DNA of 64,000 nt. Origin: Escherichia phage EPIMRB01. The stretch's first letter is position 1, and each line of letters begins with the position of its first letter. The notes beneath the pieces were generated by a model that searched no databases, was not told the DNA's origin, and worked only from the letters and a program-made list of their open reading frames with translations. This document shows positions 31,782 to 44,860 of the stretch, piece by piece. Location of the stretch: the sequence record PQ657784. One strand, given 5' to 3'. The position numbers and the translations under genes were made by a program.

Positions 31782-32114
31782 TTATTTTACTACTTTCCAG
31801 TGCTGCATGTCAAGTTTACCAACTTTTTTCATCTTCTCAATTAAGCGTTCGGCGCGTTGGCGAGCTGTAACATAATACCATTCACCTAATTCATTTTGTT
31901 CAATTTTTCCAACGATTACTGTATTCAATTCATAAATCCAACCAGTAAAGAAATTATGAACTTGAATTGTAAAGGTGAAATCTGTTCCCATACCTTCTGT
32001 TGTTTCTACTTCAATAATATCACCTTCAACTGCCATTAAGAACCACATAGTTTCATCATATTTACCGTTGAAGCATTTAGTTTTAACTGCAGCGTTCAGA
32101 TTAATTGTTTTCAT
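31782..32114 (-). CDS. Hypothetical protein
   Basis: 110-aa ORF with early promoter upstream. Confidence 0.5.
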   Translation of the reverse strand: MKTINLNAAVKTKCFNGKYDETMWFLMAVEGDIIEVETTEGMGTDFTFTIQVHNFFTGWIYELNTVIVGKIEQNELGEWYYVTARQRAERLIEKMKKVGKLDMQHWKVVK

Positions 32115-32141
32115 TTTATTCTCCTTTGTTTGTGTAAGATA

Positions 32142-32171
32142 ATACTATCACAAAGGAACTATACTGTAAAC
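32142..32171 (-). promoter_or_regulatory. Early promoter upstream of ORF 31782-32114
   Basis: GTTTAC, 18-nt spacer, TAGTAT. Confidence 0.45.
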
Positions 32172-32200
32172 AACTTTGTGCAATCTTTGGAAAATAAAAA

Positions 32201-32220
32201 AGGACTCCCGAAGGAGTCCT
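32201..32220 (-). terminator. Hairpin downstream of 30.9-like ORF
   Basis: aggactcc cgaa ggagtcct, 8-bp perfect stem. Confidence 0.55.
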
Positions 32221-32224
32221 CAAC

Positions 32225-32401
32225 TTATGCTTTCTGCTTACCAAAACGAGAAGCATCATCTCGAAGAACCGCACGTGCTCGGCGCATGATCTTCTCAACA
32301 GTTTGATTGATACGAGAGTTCGACCCACGCTTGTAACCAGCGCGTTTAGAATCACCAACTTTCTTTTCAACTGCTTTCTTTGCTTTAGCTTGTTTTGCCA
32401 T
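32225..32401 (-). CDS. Small basic protein (30.9-like); likely start ATG 32401 (MAKQAKAK...)
   Basis: Track ORF extends to 32443, but internal ATG is preceded by a TATAAAT motif; 58 aa, Lys/Arg-rich. Confidence 0.45.
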   Translation of the reverse strand: MAKQAKAKKAVEKKVGDSKRAGYKRGSNSRINQTVEKIMRRARAVLRDDASRFGKQKA

Positions 32402-32798
32402 TATAAATTCTCTTTTAAATGAAAATGCAGGACTTATTGGCATTGCCTGCGCAAGCCCTCAAGGGGAACATAGGTTTTTGAATATTTAACGACCAGGATA
32501 ATCATAAACCCGTCATCATACCTTATAGCTCTTATCTGTTGCACACCGTTAGCTTAAAGGTTCCGGGTTCGATTTCTCGAGGATAAGATATATACTGATG
32601 GATATATAGGCCTTGAGGCGTACTCCCGATTAGCCATCACCTCGGGGTAGCATGCACTTGCCGCTATAAAATAACATTCAAGAGGTACACCGTAAAACTG
32701 CCGGGGTCTTAAAACTATAATGATTCGCAAATCATTAATCAGACAGTTCGACGGCTCCTCGTTTTAACTTCACACTAAGGCAGTGACTCTCCAATAAA

Positions 32799-33047
32799 TT
32801 ACTTCAGTGTTACCACAAAGTGACGAACTGCTTTTCGTGCAGCAGAAGCCAGTGGCTTAGCATATTTAAGTTCATCTTTTTCCTGAAGCTCAGCAGCTAA
32901 TGCAGTTTGAGCAGGATTCAGATGTTTGAAATAACGCAGGATTTCAAGAGCTTCGGCTTCAACATCAATAGATGCGCCATAGTTTTCGTGACCATTATTC
33001 CATGCGTTTCGTTGCAGTTCAAGAGCGTGTTGTAATTGTTTAATCAT
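32799..33047 (-). CDS. rIII: RIII lysis-inhibition accessory protein (probable)
   Basis: 82-aa ORF immediately downstream of gene 31, as described for T4 rIII; assignment by size and position. Confidence 0.55.
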   Translation of the reverse strand: MIKQLQHALELQRNAWNNGHENYGASIDVEAEALEILRYFKHLNPAQTALAAELQEKDELKYAKPLASAARKAVRHFVVTLK

Positions 33048-33194
33048 TTAAAAATTCTCGTTAGAGATTAAAACTCGGTAGTCACGTTCTTCTGAATTTC
33101 ATCTTCTTTCGACAGATCTCTCAGTTGTAGACTACCACATAGAATTGTTCGGTTAACTTATTATTCCGACACCCAATTCATATTATTATTTATA

Positions 33195-33530
33195 TCACTT
33201 ATAAAGACACGGAATAGCTTTATAGTGACAGGTAACGAATTTTTGTTTAATTTCTTTTGGCTGCTTAAGACCCAGAGCTACAAAAGGATGCGGAACGTTT
33301 CGAATTTGACCAACTGGAAGAGAAGTCAAATCACCAACTTCGCAGAAACCTTCAGGAACATCAGGACCAACAGAGTGAACTACACACAGTTCAGGAACTT
33401 CACCTTGAACACGTTTACCGATAATAAGTCCTGATTCTGTAACTTCTTCATCACCGGCTTGTGCAGGTTCAGAAACTAAAATAACATATTCACCGACAGC
33501 ACGAATTGGTAGCTGTTGTACTTCAGACAT
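33195..33530 (-). CDS. 31: Co-chaperonin gp31 (GroES analogue)
   Basis: 111 aa, recognisable T4 gp31 sequence. Confidence 0.85.
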
Positions 33531-33586
33531 CGTTTTTCCTTTTTGTTAACAGATGAATTAATAATAACAAATAATTCTTAAAGCAT

Positions 33587-33895
33587 TTATTTACCAATAA
33601 ATTGAAGCAAATGCTCAACTTTCATACCATTAACGGAAATCAATTTGTCAATAGAAAAACCTCGCCATGCACCAAGCTCAACATCAAATACTGGAATCAT
33701 ATCAGTAGATTCTTTCCGAGTAGATTCAGTCAATTTACCGGTTTGCATGGTTGGCATAAAGTCCGCATCACGAGTGCCTTTCATAGTACGAATAGTACCA
33801 TCAGACTTTTCAAAAACTACGTTTGAAACCCCCATGGACAATTTAGTTTTCAAAATTTCACGAATTGCTACTTTCTGTTCAGTTGTCAGTTTCAT
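33587..33895 (-). CDS. Hypothetical protein (31.1 position)
   Basis: 102-aa ORF. Confidence 0.5.
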   Translation of the reverse strand: MKLTTEQKVAIREILKTKLSMGVSNVVFEKSDGTIRTMKGTRDADFMPTMQTGKLTESTRKESTDMIPVFDVELGAWRGFSIDKLISVNGMKVEHLLQFIGK

Positions 33896-34132
33896 TTATT
33901 TACCTATTACAGTTTTAATATGGGTTGTTCCACGTTCTTTAAGAGTGGAAAGCAATTTTTGGCATTTTTCTAAATCAGATTTCCAACTATACGGTCTATC
34001 AATACAAACCCATTCTGACTTATAATACTGCTTCCATTTAGAGAAAAAATATTTCTTATACTCTACAGCAAATGAAATATTCTCGTTAGAATAAGAACTA
34101 ATTGCTGTGAGCTGTACCAAGCGAAATTTCAT
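33896..34132 (-). CDS. Hypothetical protein (31.2 position)
   Basis: 78-aa ORF, coupled to cd. Confidence 0.5.
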   Translation of the reverse strand: MKFRLVQLTAISSYSNENISFAVEYKKYFFSKWKQYYKSEWVCIDRPYSWKSDLEKCQKLLSTLKERGTTHIKTVIGK

Positions 34133-34713
34133 TATTCACCACAGAATTCGTTGATATTTTCCCAGTTTAACTTATTCAAGTTTTTCTTAGGAACATTAAA
34201 CACTTCAATACCCGCATTTCGCAGAATATCATCCCAGCCAGGTTTATTTTTATCATATGTTTCACAATAAACCAGCTTTTTAATACCAGATTGAGCTATC
34301 GCTTTTGCGCAATCTGGGCAAGGAGAAAGTGTTACATACATAGTAGCACCTTCAATTGAAGAACCGTTTCGTGCAGCAAACAAAATCGCATTTAGTTCAG
34401 CATGAATTTCATTTTTAGACGACCATTCAGAGTGAGCGCTACGGTGTTCTTTCGCTAAGACAAAACGATCAGTTGAACCAAACGATACGCATTCGGGCTT
34501 ATGACCTTGAATGATAGTATGTTTAGGCTTATTCAGCAACCAACCTTGCTCGGCAGCATAATCACAACAGTTCACACCCCCGGCAGGTGAACCATTATAT
34601 CCGGTAGAAATAATACGTCCATTCTTTTCAATTACTGCTCCTACCTTCCAGGAGCAACATTTTGATTCTTGCGATACTAAATATGCAATTTGAAGTACTG
34701 TACTCGCTTTCAT
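34132..34713 (-). CDS. cd: dCMP deaminase
   Basis: 193 aa; zinc-binding deaminase motifs HAELNAI and SPCPDC. Confidence 0.9.
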   Translation of the reverse strand: MKASTVLQIAYLVSQESKCCSWKVGAVIEKNGRIISTGYNGSPAGGVNCCDYAAEQGWLLNKPKHTIIQGHKPECVSFGSTDRFVLAKEHRSAHSEWSSKNEIHAELNAILFAARNGSSIEGATMYVTLSPCPDCAKAIAQSGIKKLVYCETYDKNKPGWDDILRNAGIEVFNVPKKNLNKLNWENINEFCGE

Positions 34714-35048
34714 TTCATAATCACCAGATAAGCAGATTTAGCAGTTTCAACACGATAAATTTCGTGGCGAAGTTTAGTTATACTTTTAATAACAGAACTA
34801 ATTATATTCTGCCCATCTTTAAAGCGGTTTTTCTTATCAATAAAAATTGCGCCAACCATCTTTTTGTGAAGCTCAACTGGGTACTTCGTCACAATAATAG
34901 CATCATACACAGAAGGATGAATACTATTCACTAAAGTGTCATTCATTAAAGTTATTCTAATGAACTGTGCTGTTTCAGAGTCAAGCGCTCTATGATCGCC
35001 AGTATCATTTTCAAGACAATTATCAATTATATCAGTTAAATTCATCAT
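34710..35048 (-). CDS. Hypothetical protein (cd.1 position)
   Basis: 112-aa ORF. Confidence 0.5.
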   Translation of the reverse strand: MMNLTDIIDNCLENDTGDHRALDSETAQFIRITLMNDTLVNSIHPSVYDAIIVTKYPVELHKKMVGAIFIDKKNRFKDGQNIISSVIKSITKLRHEIYRVETAKSAYLVIMK

Positions 35049-35281
35049 AGTACGCCATACACCCTTTGTGCTTCAACTAATCCATCAAAATCCAATTTGA
35101 GATGTGTTATTTGGTCACCATCACCTGGATTCACAATTACTAATACTGAACGAGGAGTTTCGGTAATAACGCGAACCGATGTTTCTGGAAATCGTTCAGA
35201 AACCTTATTTACCAATTCCTGAGCAAATAGTTTAACTTTTTCTTGGAATTCTTTGACAGTAATTGGTTTTTCACTTAGCAT
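35045..35281 (-). CDS. Hypothetical protein (cd.2 position)
   Basis: 78-aa ORF. Confidence 0.5.
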   Translation of the reverse strand: MLSEKPITVKEFQEKVKLFAQELVNKVSERFPETSVRVITETPRSVLVIVNPGDGDQITHLKLDFDGLVEAQRVYGVL

Positions 35282-35805
35282 GTTGATCCCAGCTCCTTAC
35301 TTTCAACGTTTTTGACTAATTTAACAGAAACTAATTCAGCATCTTGTGTAATCATTACCGGGCCTTCTTCATACTCTTCAAGATATTCTAGAGCTTTCTT
35401 TTTAGCTTCTTCCTTCGTGTCAGTTTGAGCATAGATATAAAACATGCAACCACCAGTAATACCTACTACTTTCCACTTAATTTCTTTATCAGTTTTAATT
35501 TCAAATTTACTGACAGAATCATCTTTTTGAACTTCTTCGAAAAAAGAATATTCTAACATATAAGCAATTGAAAATAGCGGGCTAACTTTATAGGATTCGC
35601 CCATTACATCAACAGCTTTATACCAGCGGTCATCAATTTCGCGTTTAATGCTAATAACATTTTTCGCAGGATCTATTTTTACTTTAAATGAATTTTCCCC
35701 AATAAACTGGGCAATTCGTTTATTAGCCCCGCAAGTTTCATTAAAAATATCTTTATATCCAGCTTTAAAGCGATAAACCTTATCTTCTTCAAACCATTCG
35801 CTCAT
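35275..35805 (-). CDS. Hypothetical protein (cd.3 position)
   Basis: 176-aa ORF with hairpin-containing early promoter upstream. Confidence 0.5.
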   Translation of the reverse strand: MSEWFEEDKVYRFKAGYKDIFNETCGANKRIAQFIGENSFKVKIDPAKNVISIKREIDDRWYKAVDVMGESYKVSPLFSIAYMLEYSFFEEVQKDDSVSKFEIKTDKEIKWKVVGITGGCMFYIYAQTDTKEEAKKKALEYLEEYEEGPVMITQDAELVSVKLVKNVESKELGSTC

Positions 35806-35826
35806 TTCAATTTCCTCATTTGTTTC

Positions 35827-35865
35827 GGTAGAGCTATAATATCACAACTCTACCACAAAGTAAAC
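35827..35865 (-). promoter_or_regulatory. Early promoter with inverted repeat (ggtagag / ctctacc) embracing the -10, upstream of cd.3-position ORF
   Basis: GTTTAC at 35860-35865 (minus sense), TATTAT -10, 7-bp inverted repeat read directly. Confidence 0.55.
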
Positions 35866-35867
35866 TA

Positions 35868-36143
35868 TTAAATTGCTTTGAATTCTGATGTCTGCGATTC
35901 AAAACGAATATCACCTTTGATGACTAACTCAGCGTCAAGACCGAATACGACAATGATATGCGCGGAACCTGGATACAGCGTAATGGCAATAGAATCCACC
36001 TGGTCTGGAAGCAAAGTGTTCAATACATGAGTCACTTGAGCATGAATTCTAAGCTCGGCTGCGTTATCAAGCTTTTCAAACATATTATTAGCAATAATTT
36101 GGCTAAACACTACTTCTACGATTTTAGAATAAGTCGGAAACAT
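35868..36143 (-). CDS. Hypothetical protein (cd.4 position)
   Basis: 91-aa ORF. Confidence 0.5.
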   Translation of the reverse strand: MFPTYSKIVEVVFSQIIANNMFEKLDNAAELRIHAQVTHVLNTLLPDQVDSIAITLYPGSAHIIVVFGLDAELVIKGDIRFESQTSEFKAI

Positions 36144-36145
36144 AT

Positions 36146-36338
36146 TTACCTCACATAATTTTCTTCAAGCCAATCAATAACATCTAACGCATTATCAAAA
36201 GTTGAACCATCTACTTTGTCTTCTGTTTCATAATCAAGAACATCTAAGCCTACTCTTCCATTAACAATAGGCCATAAACAAAATAAATATTTCTTTTCTT
36301 TTTCAATTTTATCACAAAGTTGATAAATCTTTTCTATG

Positions 36339-36346
<8 letters not shown>
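36146..36346 (-). CDS. Hypothetical protein (cd.5 position)
   Basis: 66-aa ORF. Confidence 0.5.
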
Positions 36347-37761
<1,415 letters not shown>

Positions 37762-37764
37762 TTA

Positions 37765-37995
37765 TTATTTCTCAACCAACGATTGAATATAATCATGCAG
37801 GTCTTTAGATGCTTTACCCCACTTATTTTGGTATTCATTTTTAAGATTAGCACGTGATTGAGCTAATAAAACATCATTAGTTGGAGGTAAAGATTCTAAT
37901 CGTTGAATCTGGCGTCCGTAAATCATTGCAGCCATCTCGGATTCATAAATCAATCCTTTGAGATGTTCAAATTGATGCCATGAAATCATTTGCAT
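37765..37995 (-). CDS. Hypothetical protein
   Basis: 76-aa ORF between pseT.1-like ORF and spanin pair. Confidence 0.4.
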   Translation of the reverse strand: MQMISWHQFEHLKGLIYESEMAAMIYGRQIQRLESLPPTNDVLLAQSRANLKNEYQNKWGKASKDLHDYIQSLVEK

Positions 37996-38285
37996 TTATC
38001 CTCTTTTAACTCTTGGCGATAATAACATATCATAGTTTTCTGATCATGTACATATCGTTTTACATCATTAAGCCAAATGCGAAATTCCTGGGAATCTTCA
38101 AATGGCATACCGATCCAAGCTTTACCATCAATAACTTTAACTTGCCAAGATAGTTTAGCTTCATCATATGACTTTATCTGCACAGGCCAATTAGGATGAA
38201 CTGTTTCTTTCTTTACTTCTAGAGGCTTTGTCGAACAACCAACTAGAAGACCAATAGATAATATTACTGCTGATAGTTTAATCAT
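37986..38285 (-). CDS. Outer-membrane spanin (lipoprotein; T4 pseT.2-type)
   Basis: 99 aa; signal peptide with lipobox LVGC (Cys17); adjacent to TM/coiled-coil partner. Confidence 0.6.
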   Translation of the reverse strand: MIKLSAVILSIGLLVGCSTKPLEVKKETVHPNWPVQIKSYDEAKLSWQVKVIDGKAWIGMPFEDSQEFRIWLNDVKRYVHDQKTMICYYRQELKEDKCK

Positions 38286-38635
38286 TTAGAAAGGTCCTGG
38301 ATGTCTTCTGCGAACTTGTTGAAGGAGTTGTTGATTTGTTTTTCAACCAATCCTGGCTTATGAGCCACCACATCCGCCTTCTTTGCGTCTTTGCGCAGTT
38401 TTTCATTTTCACGCTCAATAGCAGCAATTGCCTCACGATTTTTATTATTCATCGCATCAATATAATTATACTGAATTCGCAAATTATCTAATGCTAAAGC
38501 GTTTTCATTGGCTGTTTTTGTAATTTCAGTAACCGATGTTTCTAATCTTTCTACCTTATTTTTTAAAATAATAGATGTTCCGCCAAATGCTATTACAAGT
38601 AATAACAATCCAGCTGTAAAATTACTTACATGCAT
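38282..38635 (-). CDS. Inner-membrane spanin (T4 pseT.3-type)
   Basis: 117 aa; N-terminal TM helix LLLLVIAFGGTSIIL followed by charged coiled-coil region; stop overlaps o-spanin start. Confidence 0.55.
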   Translation of the reverse strand: MHVSNFTAGLLLLVIAFGGTSIILKNKVERLETSVTEITKTANENALALDNLRIQYNYIDAMNNKNREAIAAIERENEKLRKDAKKADVVAHKPGLVEKQINNSFNKFAEDIQDLSK

Positions 38636-39132
38636 AAAGTTTTAATAACCTCTACAATATCGTCTTGAGAAAGACCGTTAATTAAAATATGATGTTCAGC
38701 TGGAGATTTAGAAATTTTAAAGCATGCCTTAACATCTTCTGCCATATCCGATGCACTACGATTTGGATTACTAATTCCAAGACGATGTTTTCCCGTCAAA
38801 GGATTAACGATGATATAGCATTTACAGCTATTAATGTGAACATTAGGTTGAGTCTGATTAATGAACACATCACAATCATATTTCGCAAGCTGATTTTCTA
38901 AAAAGACTTTCATCTCCTCAACCGCATCAGGAAGCATATCACGGGCTTGCTCAAGACGACGATTTCGATATTCTTTAATGGTCGTTTTCCGCTTGACTTG
39001 CTTAGCTAAATCTTTCTTAAGATCGGTGATATATCCAACTCGACGATTTCCTTTAAATACAGAAATCCCATCTGTAGTATCACCGTATGCTTCAACGACC
39101 ATCTCAGTAGTAATAAGCTGCAAATCCATCAT
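38626..39132 (-). CDS. alc: Alc, inhibitor of host transcription
   Basis: 168 aa, T4 Alc length and position upstream of pseT block; early promoter cassette upstream. Confidence 0.8.
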   Translation of the reverse strand: MMDLQLITTEMVVEAYGDTTDGISVFKGNRRVGYITDLKKDLAKQVKRKTTIKEYRNRRLEQARDMLPDAVEEMKVFLENQLAKYDCDVFINQTQPNVHINSCKCYIIVNPLTGKHRLGISNPNRSASDMAEDVKACFKISKSPAEHHILINGLSQDDIVEVIKTLCM

Positions 39133-39137
39133 AAAGT

Positions 39138-39190
39138 CCTCATGTTATGTCAGTAAGTCTACTATAACACAACACGAGGGACTTGTAAAC
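39138..39190 (-). promoter_or_regulatory. Early promoter cassette for alc (near-identical copy of 23162-23214)
   Basis: Minus-strand GTTTAC ... TATAGT ... CATGAGG directly upstream of alc ATG. Confidence 0.65.
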
Positions 39191-39193
39191 AGC

Positions 39194-40781
<1,588 letters not shown>

Positions 40782-40808
40782 AATAAAATGGGCCTTGCGG
40801 CCCACTCC

Positions 40809-41987
40809 TTAAAAATATTTTTTAAAACTCATCATAACTTTATCATCAACGTCATTATCAATCTGCGCAACAAGATAAGATGACAGTTCTACTTCTTGCG
40901 GTGCGGATTGAACATTATCAGAATTAAGATATTCACGAATCCAAGGATATGGATGTTTAACCGGAGCATCGGTAATTGGGCATGGAAGACCACACTGCTT
41001 CATACGAGATACAGTTAAGTAATCAATAAAGCTCCACATGCTATTTGTATTTAATCCAGGAACATCGCCATCTTTAAATAAATGAACTGCCCAATCTTTT
41101 TCTTGGCGGTTAACTTCCATGAAAATATCAACTGCTTCTTGCTCACACTCTTGAGCAATTTTAACCCATTCATCACCATCAGTGCCAAGTTGAAGTTGAC
41201 GAATAATATATTGAGTGCCTTTAAGGTGAAGCTGTTCATCACGTGCAATGAACTTCATAATCTTGGCATTACCTTCCATGATTTCCATGTTTTTATGGAA
41301 GTTAAAGGTACATGCGAAAGATACATAAAAACGAATAGCTTCCAATGCGTTGATTACATGCAAACAGAGGTAAAGAGATTTCATTAGCTCATGCTTCCAA
41401 TATGTCTCATGCTCAATAGCATCTTCAATAACGTCTTCGTCTGCATTAATTTCTTTTTGGTATTCGATATCAGCTTTAGCGTTTTCCCAATAACGAGTTT
41501 TAATCAGAACATCATCATAATAACGTCCAATGGATTCAGCACGTTTCATAATAGCTTCATCTAATACAATTTCATCAAATACCTTCGATGGATCAGTATA
41601 AAGATTTCGCATGATATGTGTATATGAACGGCTGTGAATAGTTTCACTAAAAGTCCACGTAGCAACCCATGTATCAAGGCTTGGGTCTGAAATTAATGAC
41701 ATAAGTACAGCAGACGGCGCACGACCCTGAATGCTATCCAAAAGTGATTGATACTTCAGGTTATTAGTAAAAATATTTTGCTGATACTGAGGAAGTTTAT
41801 TAAATTGTGCAGCATCCATCATCAAGTTTACTTCTTCAGGACGCCAGAAAAATGATAAAGATTTCTCAATAAGTTCTTCAAATACTCTATGTCGTTGAAT
41901 ATCATAACGCGCAATACCAAGACCTGAACCAAAAAACATAGGTTCTTTTAAAACATCAACTGGATTTGTATTAAAAACTGTGCTCAT
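40809..41987 (-). CDS. nrdB: Ribonucleotide reductase small subunit, uninterrupted (no intron)
   Basis: 392-aa continuous ORF with NrdB-like sequence; no intervening sequence. Confidence 0.9.
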   Translation of the reverse strand: MSTVFNTNPVDVLKEPMFFGSGLGIARYDIQRHRVFEELIEKSLSFFWRPEEVNLMMDAAQFNKLPQYQQNIFTNNLKYQSLLDSIQGRAPSAVLMSLISDPSLDTWVATWTFSETIHSRSYTHIMRNLYTDPSKVFDEIVLDEAIMKRAESIGRYYDDVLIKTRYWENAKADIEYQKEINADEDVIEDAIEHETYWKHELMKSLYLCLHVINALEAIRFYVSFACTFNFHKNMEIMEGNAKIMKFIARDEQLHLKGTQYIIRQLQLGTDGDEWVKIAQECEQEAVDIFMEVNRQEKDWAVHLFKDGDVPGLNTNSMWSFIDYLTVSRMKQCGLPCPITDAPVKHPYPWIREYLNSDNVQSAPQEVELSSYLVAQIDNDVDDKVMMSFKKYF

Positions 41988-42038
41988 AAATTTTCCGCTT
42001 AGTTAATAGTTGGTGACTCGTCCGTGAGTCAAATTATA

Positions 42039-44303
42039 TCATAATTTACAGGATGAACAATCTTCAGCTTTTGGAGTTTCTATTTCATAATCATCAGTAC
42101 CAGAACCATCGCGGGTATTATGATAATAGAAATTTTTAATGCCATAATACCATCCGTATAGCATGTCATCAATCATTATTGACATTGGAACCTTTCCTTT
42201 TGGAAAAATCTGCGGGTCATAATATGTATTTGCTGAAGCTGATTGACATACCCATTTCAGCATAATAGCTACCTGCGTAAGATAAGGTTTATTACCTTTC
42301 TTAGCTAATTTCCACGTATAATCATATAGGTCTATGTTATGCTCAATATTGGGCACGACTTGATTAAAGGAACCCTCTTTTGATTCTTTAACAGAGACTG
42401 GTCCACGTGGAGGCTCGATGCCGTTTGTACTGTTAGAAACTTGGGAAGATGACTCACATGGCATAAGTGCTGATAATGTGCTATTACGGATGCCAAAGAG
42501 CTTAAGGTCTTCCCGCAGCGACGACCAGTCACAAACGTATTTTGGAGCTGCTATTTGGTCAATCTTTTTATTGTACCAGTCGATAGGTAATTCGCCTCGA
42601 GACCAACGAGTGTCTGAATAATATTCGCAAGGTCCTTTTTCTTTGGCGAGCTTAATGGATGCTTTAATGAGTCCATACTGTAGTCTCTCAAATAGTTCAT
42701 GTGTTAAATCGTTAGCATCTTCATAAGAAGCAAAATTACTTGCCAGCCAAGCTGCATAGTTAGTAACACCTACGCCAAGGTTTCGACGCTTTTTAGCTTT
42801 TTCTGCTTCAGGAACTGGATATCCTTGGTAGTCCAAAAGATTATCAAGAGCACGAACTTGGACTTCTGCCAATTCATTAATTTTATCTTGGTCTTGCCAA
42901 TCGAAGTTATCCAACACAAATGCAGATAACGTGCACAATCCAATTTCAGCATCAGGACTATTCACATCATTTGTTGGAATAGCAATTTCACAACACAAGT
43001 TACTCTGACGAATCGGTGCCTTTTCACGAATAAACGGAGTATAGTTATTCGTATTATCAATGAACTGCACATAAATCCTTGCTGTTCCTGAACGTTCAGT
43101 CATGAGTAATTCAAACAGTTCACGTGCTTTAATACGCTTTTTACGAATATTAGGGTCTTTTTCTGCGGCTTCATACAATTCACGGAAACGGTCTTGGTCT
43201 TTAAAATAAGAATAATAAAGCTCGCCACCCATTTCATGCGGACTGAACAAAGTAATGTAGTCGTTCTTTCCAAAACGTTCCATCATCAAATCATTCAACT
43301 GGACGCCATAATCCATATGACGGATACGGTTTTCTTCTACGCCTTTGTTATTTTTCAAAACGAGAAGATTTTCAACTTCCAAATGCCAAATAGGATAATA
43401 AGCAGTAGCAGCGCCGCCACGAATTCCGCCCTGTGAACATGATTTAACAGCAGTCTGAAAATGTTTCCAAAAAGGAATAACACCAGTATGGCGTACTTCA
43501 CCTGTGCCAATCTTAGAACCTTCGGCACGAATCATACCAACGTTAATGCCGATTCCAGCTCGCTTGGAGATATATTCAACAATTGAAGCAGAAGCTTTGT
43601 TGATAGACTTCAGCGAATCACCTGCCTCAATAACAACGCATGAACTAAACTGTCGAGTTGGAGTACGACATCCAGCCATAATAGGAGTTGGCAGTGAAAT
43701 CTGTCGAGTAGATACTGCTTCATAAAAACGAATAACATGTTTTAATCTGTCAACAGGTTCATCTTGATGCAATGCCATTCCAATAGTCATAAATGCAAAC
43801 TGCGGAGTTTCATAAATTTGACCAGTGGTTTTATCTTTAATGAGATATTTTTCTTTTAATTGCATCGCCCCGGAATAAGTAAATTCCATATCCCGCTCGT
43901 GCTTAATTTTTGATTCTAAAAATGTAATTTCTTCTGCTGAATATTTTGACAGCAGTTCAGGGTCGTATTTACCTTCATTTACACAGTAAGAAATATGGTC
44001 AATAAATGAACGCGGTTCATACTGTCCGTAAACATGCTTACGAAGAGCAAACATTAAACAGCGAGCGGCTACGTATTGATAATCAGGCTCTTCAACTGAA
44101 ATAGAATTCGCAGCAGTCTTAATGACAATAGTCTGAATGTCGTCAGTTGTCATTCCATCACGGAGATATGATTTAATATTTTCATATAATTCATAAGGAT
44201 CTACAGATGTTCCTTCAGCTGCCCAAGATAAAACTTTAATAATTTTTTGCGGGTCAAAGCTCTGAGAAACACCACTACTTTTGATAACATTAATTAATTG
44301 CAT
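42039..44303 (-). CDS. nrdA: Ribonucleotide reductase large subunit
   Basis: 754 aa; C-terminal CSSC redox pair; class Ia RNR. Confidence 0.9.
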   Translation of the reverse strand: MQLINVIKSSGVSQSFDPQKIIKVLSWAAEGTSVDPYELYENIKSYLRDGMTTDDIQTIVIKTAANSISVEEPDYQYVAARCLMFALRKHVYGQYEPRSFIDHISYCVNEGKYDPELLSKYSAEEITFLESKIKHERDMEFTYSGAMQLKEKYLIKDKTTGQIYETPQFAFMTIGMALHQDEPVDRLKHVIRFYEAVSTRQISLPTPIMAGCRTPTRQFSSCVVIEAGDSLKSINKASASIVEYISKRAGIGINVGMIRAEGSKIGTGEVRHTGVIPFWKHFQTAVKSCSQGGIRGGAATAYYPIWHLEVENLLVLKNNKGVEENRIRHMDYGVQLNDLMMERFGKNDYITLFSPHEMGGELYYSYFKDQDRFRELYEAAEKDPNIRKKRIKARELFELLMTERSGTARIYVQFIDNTNNYTPFIREKAPIRQSNLCCEIAIPTNDVNSPDAEIGLCTLSAFVLDNFDWQDQDKINELAEVQVRALDNLLDYQGYPVPEAEKAKKRRNLGVGVTNYAAWLASNFASYEDANDLTHELFERLQYGLIKASIKLAKEKGPCEYYSDTRWSRGELPIDWYNKKIDQIAAPKYVCDWSSLREDLKLFGIRNSTLSALMPCESSSQVSNSTNGIEPPRGPVSVKESKEGSFNQVVPNIEHNIDLYDYTWKLAKKGNKPYLTQVAIMLKWVCQSASANTYYDPQIFPKGKVPMSIMIDDMLYGWYYGIKNFYYHNTRDGSGTDDYEIETPKAEDCSSCKL

Positions 44304-44620
44304 AAGTCCTCAACTTGAAAATCGTCTTTAAACAATCGGTTAACTATATGAGCTATTATATCACCATGACACGGCTTTGGTTTACATGTGCATCCTAGCC
44401 TCATTCCACGTAAAGGCTCTAAATGTGCTTTAGTTATTTCTCCGGATTTAATTCGACGTATAAAATCTTTTTTGAATAATTCAATGGCAGCCTCCCGGCT
44501 GCCAGCATCTTTACCGACGTAATTTCCCCAAAATGTACCACGGTGAATATTAACATCAAAGTCGGATTTATATTTATTCACTACCTGGCATAGACGGCCC
44601 GCGCGGTGATAATTCGTCAT
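44294..44620 (-). CDS. Hypothetical Cys/His-rich protein (nrdA.1 position)
   Basis: 108 aa; C-x-C ... C-H cluster ([12 protein letters not shown]). Confidence 0.5.
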   Translation of the reverse strand: MTNYHRAGRLCQVVNKYKSDFDVNIHRGTFWGNYVGKDAGSREAAIELFKKDFIRRIKSGEITKAHLEPLRGMRLGCTCKPKPCHGDIIAHIVNRLFKDDFQVEDLCN

Positions 44621-44849
44621 ATTGTTTTTCCGTTAAAACAGTAATATCATAATAACAGTCAGAAGAAGTTTTAACTGTGGAAATTTTATTATCAAAATAC
44701 TCACGAGTCATTTTATGAGTATAATATTTTTTGCCATAAATGATAATAGGCTGATTTGGTCCTGGAACTTCTAACTCGCTTGGATTAGGAAGTGTAAAAA
44801 GAACGACACCAGAAGTATCTTTAAATCGTAAAATCATATATCCTCGCAA
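44574..44849 (-). CDS. Hypothetical protein (nrdA.2 position)
   Basis: 91-aa ORF overlapping neighbour. Confidence 0.45.
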   Translation of the reverse strand: MRGYMILRFKDTSGVVLFTLPNPSELEVPGPNQPIIIYGKKYYTHKMTREYFDNKISTVKTSSDCYYDITVLTEKQYDELSPRGPSMPGSE

Positions 44850-44860
44850 TTAAATTAAAA

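Noticed and set aside
32540-32600. Possible tRNA gene (GGTTCGAT T-loop-like motif)
   Set aside because: I could not build an acceptor stem, anticodon arm or a properly paired T-stem around the motif; left as a tRNA-like fragment pending tRNAscan/Infernal.
41051-41387. Plus- and minus-strand ORFs inside nrdB; similar small ORFs inside nrdA (42332-43725)
   Set aside because: Embedded within ribonucleotide reductase genes in other frames or antisense; no independent support.
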